A stretch of 64,000 nt of DNA from Eledone cirrhosa (lineage: Eukaryota), in NCBI GenBank assembly GCA_964016885.1, contig OZ024741.1, positions 15,748,001 through 15,812,000 of the forward strand. The letters are read 5' to 3'. A program made the position numbers and the translations under genes. The notes beneath the pieces are model-generated. The model ran no database searches and was not told the origin of the DNA. It saw only the letters and a list, made by a program, of their open reading frames with translations. Positions 13,205 to 24,100 of this stretch are shown in pieces. How positions within the stretch are numbered: position 1 is the stretch's first letter; every line of letters begins with the position of its first letter.

Positions 13205-13840
13205 CATGTACATAATATGAAAGAGTACAGGTGGAATGTTTCAGTAAAAAGCCCAATAAAATACAGGCATAACAGACCAGATATTATGATATGGGACAGG
13301 GAGAAGCAAACATGCACAGTAGTGGAAATTAGCTGCCCAGAAGATGCCAATATAATATCAAAGATTAGCGAAAAGGAGAATATTTATGTAGAACTGATGA
13401 GAAATCTGCAGATACTCCACCCTGATTACACCTTCAGATTTATTCCTGTGATTATTGGGGCACTGGAGTATGTTAGTAACTGCCTCAATACAAATCTTGA
13501 GAAGCTAGGCTTCACAGGAACAGAAAGAACACAACTAGTTAGGAAATTACAAGTACAATCCATTAATGGAACAGTAAAAATATGTAAAACATTCCAAACA
13601 TTTTGCATCTAATAACTGCATATACACATGTACAGATGCAAAGCATATACACATGCACACATACAACTCAAAACATACACATCCACACATACAATAACAT
13701 CCATAACTCCGCATGCAGACATACATAAATATATACCTAGTTGATGTTGTGTAAATTCCAATGAGAGAGTCTTGTGTCTATGTTAGAAACCGACTCTCTC
13801 TCTATTGGGAAAAGTTTGTGAAATTGTAAAACCAGAATAA
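13205..13840 (+). mobile_element. 5'-truncated family B copy (endonuclease and 3' UTR)
   Basis: Near-identical to 9022-9654. Confidence 0.9.
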
Positions 13841-13861
13841 CATACATACATACATACATAC

Positions 13862-13892
<31 letters not shown>

Positions 13893-13917
13893 CATACATA
13901 CATACTTACATACATAC

Positions 13918-13949
13918 AAAAAATTTGTGAAATTATAAAACCAAAAGAA
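13918..13949 (+). mobile_element. Family B 3'-terminal stub of about 30 bp
   Basis: TTTGTGAAATTATAAAACCAAAAGAA matches the family B 3' end and lies inside (CATA)n. Confidence 0.8.
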
Positions 13950-13995
13950 CATACATACATACATACAAACATACTTACATTCATACATACATACA

Positions 13996-14029
<34 letters not shown>

Positions 14030-14048
14030 CATATATTCATACATACAT

Positions 14049-14282
14049 GGTGGCTGCCAACTCGTTTTCGAGTACGGCCACTACTTTATATCCATGTAGG
14101 AGAACTCCTACCGATGCACTGAACGAGTGTGACTTTTTAGTCCAGCCAGCGACTTGAAAACTCTGGTACAAACTCTACACTTGTGACAATTATTGACACA
14201 TAGTGCTGGGCCCATGGTACCATGTGACGACAAGTGCAGAGAGATCTCCAGATATAAAGCAATGCCTGTGCCGTGAAGCTTT
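14049..14282 (+). mobile_element. Putative 5' leader, copy 5 (shortest)
   Basis: Same start as the other copies; ends near (TA)n. Confidence 0.7.
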
Positions 14283-14935
14283 CCCGATATATATATATCT
14301 ATATAAAGTTTATTGGCATGTCATTTTCCGTTACTATTGGGTCATCAGTTTGAGCAATTGAGACATTAGTGGTTCCGGTTTACTGTGTGGTATATTGCAC
14401 ATTTGCTGTTATAACGTGGTCGGTATCCTTCATAATTAGAATAATTAGAATAATAGTAAAACTAAGAATAGTAAGTAGGATCGCGGTGTCAAAATATCAC
14501 CATTATGTTTATTCACGTGTGGCGCACGTTTCGCGATTGGTCAGCTCAACGTAAAATCAGTATCGAGCGCTGGAATTGATAGCTTGTCAGACGCAGGTTT
14601 TTTTTTAATGAGAGGAGCTATCAACCTACAGCTTTCCTGAGAATTACTTTAAAAGATACCCCTGTCTCTAGAATGCTCAGCCACTAGCACAGTAATGCCT
14701 TGAACAGGTTATTCTGTTGAACGTATAAAGGGGACACTCATCGTCGAAACTGACGAAGATCCCTTCCAGTTATTGTGCACCCCGTCTATATGATACTGAC
14801 ATTCATATGTATATGTGGGCATGTATATTTCTTGTGCATCATTATTGTTATTTATATTATTTTGTTGTTAATGTTATATTGTGTTCCTTCATTCAGTATA
14901 GAATTATATGACACCTGAGGAGAATATATATATTT

Positions 14936-15120
14936 CGGCAGTGTCGCTAGAGGATCGGACGCCATGCTTGGACGTATAGAGTTACGGCCCTTGCCATTCT
15001 GAGTTCAAATCACGCCGAGGTAAACTTTGCCTTTCATCCTTACGGGGTCGATAAAATAAAGTACCAGTAATACACTGAATAATTGCTGGCCTTGTGCCAA
15101 AAGAAGAAACAATTATATTA
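14936..15120 (+). mobile_element. tRNA-derived SINE
   Basis: B-box-like GAGTTCAAATC, core CTTTGCCTTTCATCCTTACGGGGTCGATAAAATAAAGTACCAGT and tail GGCCTTGTGCCAAAAG.AGAAACAATTA; several copies in the window. Confidence 0.8.
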
Positions 15121-15133
15121 TGTATTCTCTGTG

Positions 15134-18100
15134 AGGGTGGTGGAAGTTTTGGTGGTAGTGGTGTTGGTAGTAGTAGTGGTTGTCGTGGTCGGGGTTGTGG
15201 TGGTAGTGTTGGTGGTGTTGGTGGTAGTGGTGTTGGTAGTAGTAGTAGTAGTAGTGGTTGTCGTGGTCGGGGTTGTGATGGTAGTGTTGGTGGTGTTGGT
15301 AGTAGTGGTGTTGGTAGTAGTAGTGGTTGTCGTGGTCGGGGTTGTGGTGGTAGTGTTGGTGGTGTTGGTGGTAGTGGTGTTGGTAGTAGTAGTAGTGGTT
15401 GTCGTGGTCGGGGTTGTGGTGGTAGTGTTGGTGGTGTTGGTGGTAGTGGTGTTGGTAGTAGTAGTAGTGGTTGTCGTGGTCGGGGTTGTGGTGGTAGTGT
15501 TGGTGGTGTTGGTGGTAGTGGTGTTGGTAGTAGTAGTAGTGGTTGTCGTGGTCGGGGTTGTGGTGGTAGTGTTGGTGGTGTTGGTGGTAGTGGTGTTGGT
15601 AGTAGTAGTAGTGGTTGTCGTGGTCGGGGTTGTGATGGTAGTGTTGGTGGTGTTGGTGGTAGTGGTGTTGGTAGTAGTAGTGGTTGTCGTGGTCGGGGTT
15701 GTGGTGGTAGTGTTGGTGGTGTTGGTGGTAGTGGTGTTGGTAGTAGTAGTGGTTGTCGTGGTCGGGGTTGTGGTGGTAGTGTTGGTGGTGTTGGTGGTAG
15801 TGGTGTTGGTAGTAGTAGTGGTTGTCGTGGTCGGGGTTGTGGTGGTAGTGTTGGTGGTGTTGGTGGTAGTGGTGTTGGTAGTAGTAATGGTTGTCGTAGT
15901 CGGGGTTGTGATGGTAGTGTTGGTGGTGTTGGTGGTAGTGGTGTTGGTAGTAGTAGTGGTTGTCGTGGTCGGGGTTGTGGTGGTAGTGTTGGTGGTGTTG
16001 GTGGTAGTGGTGTTGGTAGTAGTAGTAGTAGTGGTTGTCGTGGTCGGGGTTGTGATGGTAGTGTTGGTGGTGTTGGTGGTAGTGGTGTTGGTAGTAGTAG
16101 TAGTGGTTGTCGTGGTCGGGGTTGTGGTGGTAGTGTTGGTGGTGTTGGTGGTAGTGGTGTTGGTAGTAGTAGTGGTTGTCGTGGTCGGGGTTGTGGTGGT
16201 AGTGTTGGTGGTGTTGGTGGTAGTGGTGTTGGTAGTAGTGGTAGTAGTGGTTGTCGTGGTCGGGGTTGTGATGGTAGTGTTGGTGGTGTTGGTGGTAGTG
16301 GTGTTGGTAGTAGTAGTAGTGGTTGTCGTGGTCGGGGTTGTGGTGGTAGCGTTGGTGGTGTTGGTGGTAGTGGTGTTGGTAGTAGTAATGGTTGTCGTAG
16401 TCGGGGTTGTGGTGGTAGTGTTGGTGGTGTTGGTGGTAGTGGTGTTGGTAGTAGTAGTAGTAGTGGTTGTCGTGGTCGGGGTTGTGATGGTAGTGTTGGT
16501 GGTGTTGGTGGTAGTGGTGTTGGTAGTAGTAGTAGTGGTTGTCGTGGTCGGGGTTGTGGTGGTAGTGTTGGTGGTGTTGGTGGTAGTGGTGTTGGTAGTA
16601 GTAGTGGTTGTCGTGGTCGGGGTTGTGGTGGTAGTGTTGGTGGTGTTGGTGGTAGTGGTGTTGGTAGTAGTAGTAGTGGTTGTCGTGGTCGGGGTTGTGG
16701 TGGTAGTGTTGGTGGTGTTGGTGGTAGTGGTGTTGGTAGTAGTAATGGTTGTCGTAGTCGGGGTTGTGGTGGTAGTGTTGGTGGTGTTGGTGGTAGTGGT
16801 GTTGGTAGTAGTAGTGGTTGTCGTGGTCGGGGTTGTGGTGGTAGTGTTGGTGGTGTTGGTGGTAGTGGTGTTGGTAGTAGTAGTAGTAGTGGTTGTCGTG
16901 GTCGGGGTTGTGATGGTAGTGTTGGTGGTGTTGGTGGTAGTGGTGTTGGTAGTAGTAGTAGTGGTTGTCGTGGTCGGGGTTGTGGTGGTAGTGTTGGTGG
17001 TGTTGGTGGTAGTGGTGTTGGTAGTAGTAGTGGTTGTCGTGGTCGGGGTTGTGGTGGTAGTGTTGGTGGTGTTGGTGGTAGTGGTGTTGGTAGTAGTGGT
17101 AGTAGTGGTTGTCGTGGTCGGGGTTGTGATGGTAGTGTTGGTGGTGTTGGTGGTAGTGGTGTTGGTAGTAGTAGTAGTGGTTGTCGTGGTCGGGGTTGTG
17201 GTGGTAGTGTTGGTGGTGTTGGTGGTAGTGGTGTTGGTAGTAGTAATGGTTGTCGTAGTCGGGGTTGTGGTGGTAGTGTTGGTGGTGTTGGTGGTAGTGG
17301 TGTTGGTAGTAGTAGTAGTAGTGGTTGTCGTGGTCGGGGTTGTGATGGTAGTGTTGGTGGTGTTGGTGGTAGTGGTGTTGGTAGTAGTAGTGGTTGTCGT
17401 GGTCGGGGTTGTGGTGGTAGTGTTGGTGGTGTTGGTGGTAGTGGTGTTGGTAGTAGTAGTAGTGGTTGTCGTGGTCGGGGTTGTGGTGGTAGTGTTGGTG
17501 GTGTTGGTGGTAGTGGTGTTGGTAGTAGTAATGGTTGTCGTAGTCGGGGTTGTGGTGGTAGTGTTGGTGGTGTTGGTGGTAGTGGTGTTGGTAGTAGTAG
17601 TGGTTGTCGTGGTCGGGGTTGTGGTGGTAGTGTTGGTGGTGTTGGTGGTAGTGGTGTTGGTAGTAGTAGTAGTAGTGGTTGTCGTGGTCGGGGTTGTGAT
17701 GGTAGTGTTGGTGGTGTTGATGGTAGTGGTGTTGGTAGTAGTAGTAGTGGTTGTCGTGGTCGGGGTTGTGATGGTAGTGTTGGTGGTGTTGGTGGTAGTG
17801 GTGTTGGTAGTAGTAGTGGTTGTCGTGGTCGGGGTTGTGATGGTAGTGTTGGTGGTGTTGGTGGTAGTGGTGTTGGTAGCAGTAGTGGTTGTCGTGGTCG
17901 GGGTTGTGATGGTAGTGTTGGTGGTGTTGGTGGTAGTGGTGTTGGTAGTAGTAGTGGTTGTCGTGGTCGGGGTTGTGATGGTAGTGTTGGTGGTGTTGGT
18001 GGTAGTGGTGTTGGTAGTAGTAGTAGTGGTTGTCGTGGTCGGGGTTGTGGTGGTAGTGTTGGTGGTGTTGGTGGTAGTGGTGTTGGTAGTAGTAGTGGTT

Positions 18101-21100
18101 GTCGTGGTCGGGGTTGTGGTGGTAGTGTTGGTGGTGTTGGTGGTAGTGGTGTTGGTAGTAGTAGTGGTTGTCGTGGTCGGGGTTGTGGTGGTAGTGTTGG
18201 TGGTGTTGGTGGTAGTGGTGTTGGTAGTAGTAGTAGTGGTTGTCGTGGTCGGGGTTGTGATGGTAGTGTTGGTGGTGTTGGTGGTAGTGGTGTTGGTAGT
18301 AGTAGTAGTGGTTGTCGTGGTCGGGGTTGTGATGGTAGTGTTGTTGGTGTTGGTGGTAGTGGTGTTGGTAATAGTAGTAGTGGTTGTCGTGGTCGGGGTT
18401 GTGATGGTAGTGTTGGTGGTGTTGGTGGTAGTGGTGTTGGTAGTAGTAGTAGTGATTGTCGTGGTCGGGGTTGTGGTGGTAGTGTTGGTGGTGTTGGTGG
18501 TAGTGGTGTTGGTAGTAGTAGTAGTGGTTGTCGTGGTCGGGGTTGTGGTGGTAGTGTTGGTGGTGTTGGTGGTAGTGGTTGTCGTGGTCGGGGTTGTGAT
18601 GGTAGTGTTGGTGGTGTTGGTGGTAGTGGTGTTGGTAGTAGTAGTGGTTGTCGTGGTCGGGGTTGTGGTGGTAGTGTTGGTGGTGTTGGTGGTAGTGGTG
18701 TTGGTAGTAGTAGTGGTTGTCGTGGTCGGGGTTGTGGTGGTAGTGTTGGTGGTGTTGGTGGTAGTGGTGTTGGTAGTAGTAGTGGTTGTCGTGGTCGGGG
18801 TTGTGGTGGTAGTGTTGGTGGTGTTGGTGGTAGTGGTGTTGGTAGTAGTAATGGTTGTCGTAGTCGGGGTTGTGATGGTAGTGTTGGTGGTGTTGGTGGT
18901 AGTGGTGTTGGTAGTAGTAGTGGTTGTCGTGGTCGGGGTTGTGGTGGTAGTGTTGGTGGTGTTGGTGGTAGTGGTGTTGGTAGTAGTAGTAGTAGTGGTT
19001 GTCGTGGTCGGGGTTGTGATGGTAGTGTTGGTGGTGTTGGTGGTAGTGGTGTTGGTAGTAGTAGTAGTGGTTGTCGTGGTCGGGGTTGTGGTGGTAGTGT
19101 TGGTGGTGTTGGTGGTAGTGGTGTTGGTAGTAGTAGTGGTTGTCGTGGTCGGGGTTGTGGTGGTAGTGTTGGTGGTGTTGGTGGTAGTGGTGTTGGTAGT
19201 AGTAGTAGTAGTGGTTGTCGTGGTCGGGGTTGTGATGGTAGTGTTGGTGGTGTTGGTGGTAGTGGTGTTGGTAGTAGTAGTAGTGGTTGTCGTGGTCGGG
19301 GTTGTGGTGGTAGTGTTGGTGGTGTTGGTGGTAGTGGTGTTGGTAGTAGTAATGGTTGTCGTAGTCGGGGTTGTGGTGGTAGTGTTGGTGGTGTTGGTGG
19401 TAGTGGTGTTGGTAGTAGTAGTAGTAGTGGTTGTCGTGGTCGGGGTTGTGATGGTAGTGTTGGTGGTGTTGGTGGTAGTGGTGTTGGTAGTAGTAGTAGT
19501 GGTTGTCGTGGTCGGGGTTGTGGTGGTAGTGTTGGTGGTGTTGGTGGTAGTGGTGTTGGTAGTAGTAGTGGTTGTCGTGGTCGGGGTTGTGGTGGTAGTG
19601 TTGGTGGTGTTGGTGGTAGTGGTGTTGGTAGTAGTAGTAGTAGTGGTTGTCGTGGTCGGGGTTGTGATGGTAGTGTTGGTGGTGTTGGTGGTAGTGGTGT
19701 TGGTAGTAGTAGTAGTGGTTGTCGTGGTCGGGGTTTTGGTGGTAGTGTTGGTGGTGTTGGTGGTAGTGGTGTTGGTAGTAGTAATGGTTGTCGTAGTCGG
19801 GGTTGTGGTGGTAGTGTTGGTGGTGTTGGTGGTAGTGGTGTTGGTAGTAGTAGTGGTTGTCGTGGTCGGGGTTGTGGTGGTAGTGTTGGTGGTGTTGGTG
19901 GTAGTGGTGTTGGTAGTAGTAGTAGTAGTGGTTGTCGTGGTCGGGGTTGTGATGGTAGTGTTGGTGGTGTTGATGGTAGTGGTGTTGGTAGTAGTAGTGG
20001 TTGTCGTGGTCGGGGTTGTGATGGTAGTGTTGGTGGTGTTGGTGGTAGTGGTGTTGGTAGAAGTAGTAGTGGTTGTCGTGGTCGGGGTTGTGGTTGTAGT
20101 GTTGGTGGTGTTGGTGGTAGTAGTGTTGGTAGTAGTAGTAGTGGTTGTCGTGGTCGGGGTTGTGGTGGTAGTGTTGGTGGTGTTGGTGGTAGTGGTGTTG
20201 GTAGTAGTAGTAGTGGTTGTCGTGGTCGGGGTTGTGATGGTAGTGTTGGTGGTGTTGGTGGTAGTGGTGTTGGTAGTAGTAGTGGCTGTCGTGGTCGGGG
20301 TTGTGATGGTAGTGTTGGTGGTGTTGGAGGTTGTGGTGTTGGTAGCAGTAGTGGTTGTCGTTGTCGGGGTTGTGGTGGTAGTGTAGGTGGTGTTGGTGGT
20401 AGTGGTGTTGGTAGTAGTAGTGGTTGTCGTGGTCGAGGTTGTGATGGTAGTGTTGGTGGTGTTGGTGGTAGTGGTGTTGGTAGTAGTAGTGGTTGTCGTG
20501 GTCGGCGTTGTGGTGGTAGTGTTGGTGGTGTTGGTGGTAGTGGTGTTGGTAGTAGTAGTGGTTGTCGTGGTCGGGGTTGTGATGGTAGTGTTGGTGGTGT
20601 TGGTGGTAGTGGTGTTGGTAGTAGTAGTAGTGGTTGTCGTGGTCGGGGTTGTGATGGTAGTGTTGGTGGTGTTGGTGGTAGTGTTGTTGGTAGTAGTAGT
20701 AGTGGTTGTCGTGGTCGGGGTTGTGATGGTAGTGTTGGTGGTTTTGGTGGTAGTGGTGTTGGTAGTAGTAGTGGTTGTCGTGGTCGGGGTTGTGATGGTA
20801 GTGTTGGTGGTGTTGGTGGTAGTGGTGTTGGTAGTAGTAGTAGTGGTTGTCGTGGTCGGGGTTGTGATGGTAGTGTTGGTGGTGTTGGTGGTAGTGGTGT
20901 TGGTAGTAGTAGTGGTTGTCGTGGTCGGGGTTGTGATGGTAGTGTTGGTGGTGTTGGTGGTAGTGGTGTTGGTAGTAGTAGTGGTTGTGGTGGTCGGGGT
21001 TGTGGTGGTAGTGTTGGTGGTGTTGGTGGTAGTGGTGTTGGTAGTAGTAGTAGTGGTTGTCGTGGTCGGGGTTGTGATGGTAGTGTTGGTGGTGTTGGTG

Positions 21101-24100
21101 GTAGTGGTGTTGGTAGTAGTAGTAGTGGTTGTCGTGGTCGGGGTTGTGATGGTAGTGTTGGTGGTGTTGGTGGTAGTGGTGTTGGTAGTAGTAGTGGTTG
21201 TCGTGGTCGGGGTTGTGATGGTAGTGTTGGTAGTAGTGGTGTTGGTAGTAGTAGTAGTGGTTGTCGTGGTCGGGGTTGTGATGGTAGTGTTGGTGGTGTT
21301 GGTGGTAGTGGTGTTGGTAGTAGTAGTGGTTGTCGTGGTAGGGGTTTGTGATGGTAGTGTTGGTGGTGTTGGTGGTAGTGGTGTTGGTAGTAGTAGTGGT
21401 TGTGGTGGTCGGGGTTGTGGTGGTAGTGTTGGTGGTGTTGGTGGTAGTGGTGTTGGTAGTAGTAGTAGTGGTTGTCGTGGTCGGGGTTGTGATGGTAGTG
21501 TTGGTGGTGTTGGTGGTAGTGGTGTTGGTAGTAGTAGTGGTTGTCGTGGTCGGGGTTGTGATGGTAGTGTTGGTGGTGTTGGTGGTAGTGGTGTTGGTAG
21601 TAGTAGTGTTTGTCGTGGTCGGGGTTGTGGTGGTAGTGTTGGTGGTGTTGGTGGTAGTAGTGTTGGTAGTAGTAGTGGTTGTGGTGGTCGGGGTTGTGAT
21701 GGTAGTGTTGGTGGTGTTGGTGGTAGTGGTGTTGGTAGTAGTAGTAGTGGTTGCGGTGGTCGGGGTTGTGATGGTAGTGTTGGTGGTGTTGGTGGTAGTG
21801 TTGGTGGTGTTGGTGGTAGTAGTGTTGGTAGTAGTAGTGGTTGTCGTGGTCGGGGTTGTGATGGTAGTGTTGGTGGTGTTGGTGGTAGTGGTGTTGGTAG
21901 TAGTAGTGCTTGTCGTGGTCGGGGTTGTGATGGTAGTGTTGGTGGTGTTGGTGGTAGTGGTGTTGGTAGTAGTAGTAGTGGTTGTCGTGGTCGGGGTTGT
22001 GATGGTAGTGTTGGTGGTGTTGGTGGTAGTGGTGTTGGTATTAGTAGTGGTTGTCGTGGTCGGGGTTGTGATGGTAGTGTTGGTGGTGTTGGTGGTAGTG
22101 GTGTTGGTAGTAGTAGTGGTTGTCGTGTTCGGGGTTGTGATGGTAGTGTTGGTGGTGTTGGTGGTAGTGGTGTTGGTAGTAGTAGTGGTTGTCGTGGTCG
22201 GAGTTGTGATGGTAGTGTTGGTGGTGTTGGTGGTAGTGGTGTTGGTAGTAGTAGTGGTTGTCGTGGTCGGGGTTGTGATGGTAGTGTTGGTGGTGTTGGT
22301 GGTAGTGGTGTTGGTAGTAGTAGTAGTGGTTGTCGTGGTCGGGGTTGTGATGGTAGTGTTGGTGGTGTTGGTGGTAGTGGTGTTGGTAGTAGTAGTGGTT
22401 GTGGTGGTCGGGGTTGTGATGGTAGAGTTGGTGGTCTTGGTGGTAGTGGTGTTGGTAGTAGTAGTGGTTGTCGTGGTCGGGGTTGTGGTGGTAGTGTTGG
22501 TGGTGTTGGTGGTAGTGGTGTTGGTAGTAGTAGTGGTTGTCGTGGTCGGGGTTGTGATGGTAGTGTTGGTGGTGTTGGTGGTAGTGGTGTTGGTAGTAGT
22601 AGTGGTTGTCGTGGTCGGGGTTGTGATGGTAGTGTTGGTGGTGTTGGTGGTAGTGGTGTTGGTAGTAGTAGTGGTTGTCGTGGTCGGGGTTGTGATGGTA
22701 GTGTTGGTGGTGTTGGTGTTGGTGGTAGTGGTGTTGGTAGTAGTAGTGGTTGTCGTGGTCGGGGTTGTGGTGGTAGTGTTGGTGGTGTTGGTGGTAGTGG
22801 TGTTGGTAGTAGTAGTGGTTGTCGTGGTCGGGGTTGTGGTGGTAGTGTTGGTGGTGTTGGTGGTAGTAGTGTTGGTAGTAGTAGTAGTGGTTGTCGTGGT
22901 CGGGGTTGTGATGGTAGTGTTGGTGGTGTTGGTGGTAGTGGTGTTGGTAGTAGTAGTGGTTGTCGTGGTCGGGGTAGTGGTGGTAGTGTTGGTGGTGTTG
23001 GTGGTAGTAGTGTTGGTAGTAGTAGTGGTTGTCGTGGTCGGGGTTGTGGTGGTAGTGTTGGTGGTGTTGGTGGTAGTAGTGTTGGTAGTAGTAGTAGTGG
23101 TTGTCGTGGTCGGGGTTGTGGTGGTAGTGTTGGTGGTGTTGGTGGTAGTAGTGTTGGTAGTAGTAGTAGTGGTTGTAGTGGTCGGGGTTGTGATGGTAGT
23201 GTTGGTGGTGTTGGTGGTAGTGGTGTTGGTAGTAGTAGTAGTGGTTGTCGTGGTCGGGGTTGTGGTGGTAGTGTTGGTGGTGTTGGTGGTAGTGGTGTTG
23301 GTAGTAGTAGTGGTTGTCGTGGTCGGGGTTGTGGTGGTAGTGTTGGTGGTGTTGGTGGTAGTGGTGTTGGTAGTAGTAGTAGTGGTTGTCGTGGTCGGGG
23401 TTGTGGTGGTAGTGTTGGTGGTGTTGGTGGTAGTGGTGTTGGTAGTAGTAATGGTTGTCGTAGTCGGGGTTGTGGTGGTAGTGTTGGTGGTGTTGGTGGT
23501 AGTGGTGTTGGTAGTAGTAGTGGTTGTCGTGGTCGGGGTTGTGGTGGTAGTGTTGGTGGTGTTGGTGGTAGTGGTGTTGGTAGTAGTAGTAGTAGTGGTT
23601 GTCGTGGTCGGGGTTGTGATGGTAGTGTTGGTGGTGTTGATGGTAGTGGTGTTGGTAGTAGTAGTAGTGGTTGTCGTGGTCGGGGTTGTGATGGTAGTGT
23701 TGGTGGTGTTGGTGGTAGTGGTGTTGGTAGTAGTAGTGGTTGTCGTGGTCGGGGTTGTGATGGTAGTGTTGGTGGTGTTGGTGGTAGTGGTGTTGGTAGC
23801 AGTAGTGGTTGTCGTGGTCGGGGTTGTGATGGTAGTGTTGGTGGTGTTGGTGGTAGTGGTGTTGGTAGTAGTAGTGGTTGTCGTGGTCGGGGTTGTGATG
23901 GTAGTGTTGGTGGTGTTGGTGGTAGTGGTGTTGGTAGTAGTAGTAGTGGTTGTCGTGGTCGGGGTTGTGGTGGTAGTGTTGGTGGTGTTGGTGGTAGTGG
24001 TGTTGGTAGTAGTAGTGGTTGTCGTGGTCGGGGTTGTGGTGGTAGTGTTGGTGGTGTTGGTGGTAGTGGTGTTGGTAGTAGTAGTGGTTGTCGTGGTCGG

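Larger units (their letters stand above)
4441..14048 (+). repeat. Series of (CATA)n tracts with CTTA variants separating retrotransposon fragments (about 4441-4895, 5352-5501, 6411-6877, 7464-7795, 8247-8395, 9655-9745, 12692-12734, 13139-13204, 13841-13917, 13950-14048)
   Basis: Seen directly; all in the same orientation apart from a short (TATG)n at 9746-9778. Confidence 0.95.

Noticed and set aside
14910-14936. CTGAGGA plus a palindromic stem II (also CTGATGA at about 45628 and 57331)
   Set aside because: No following GAAA or stem III, so a hammerhead cannot be called.
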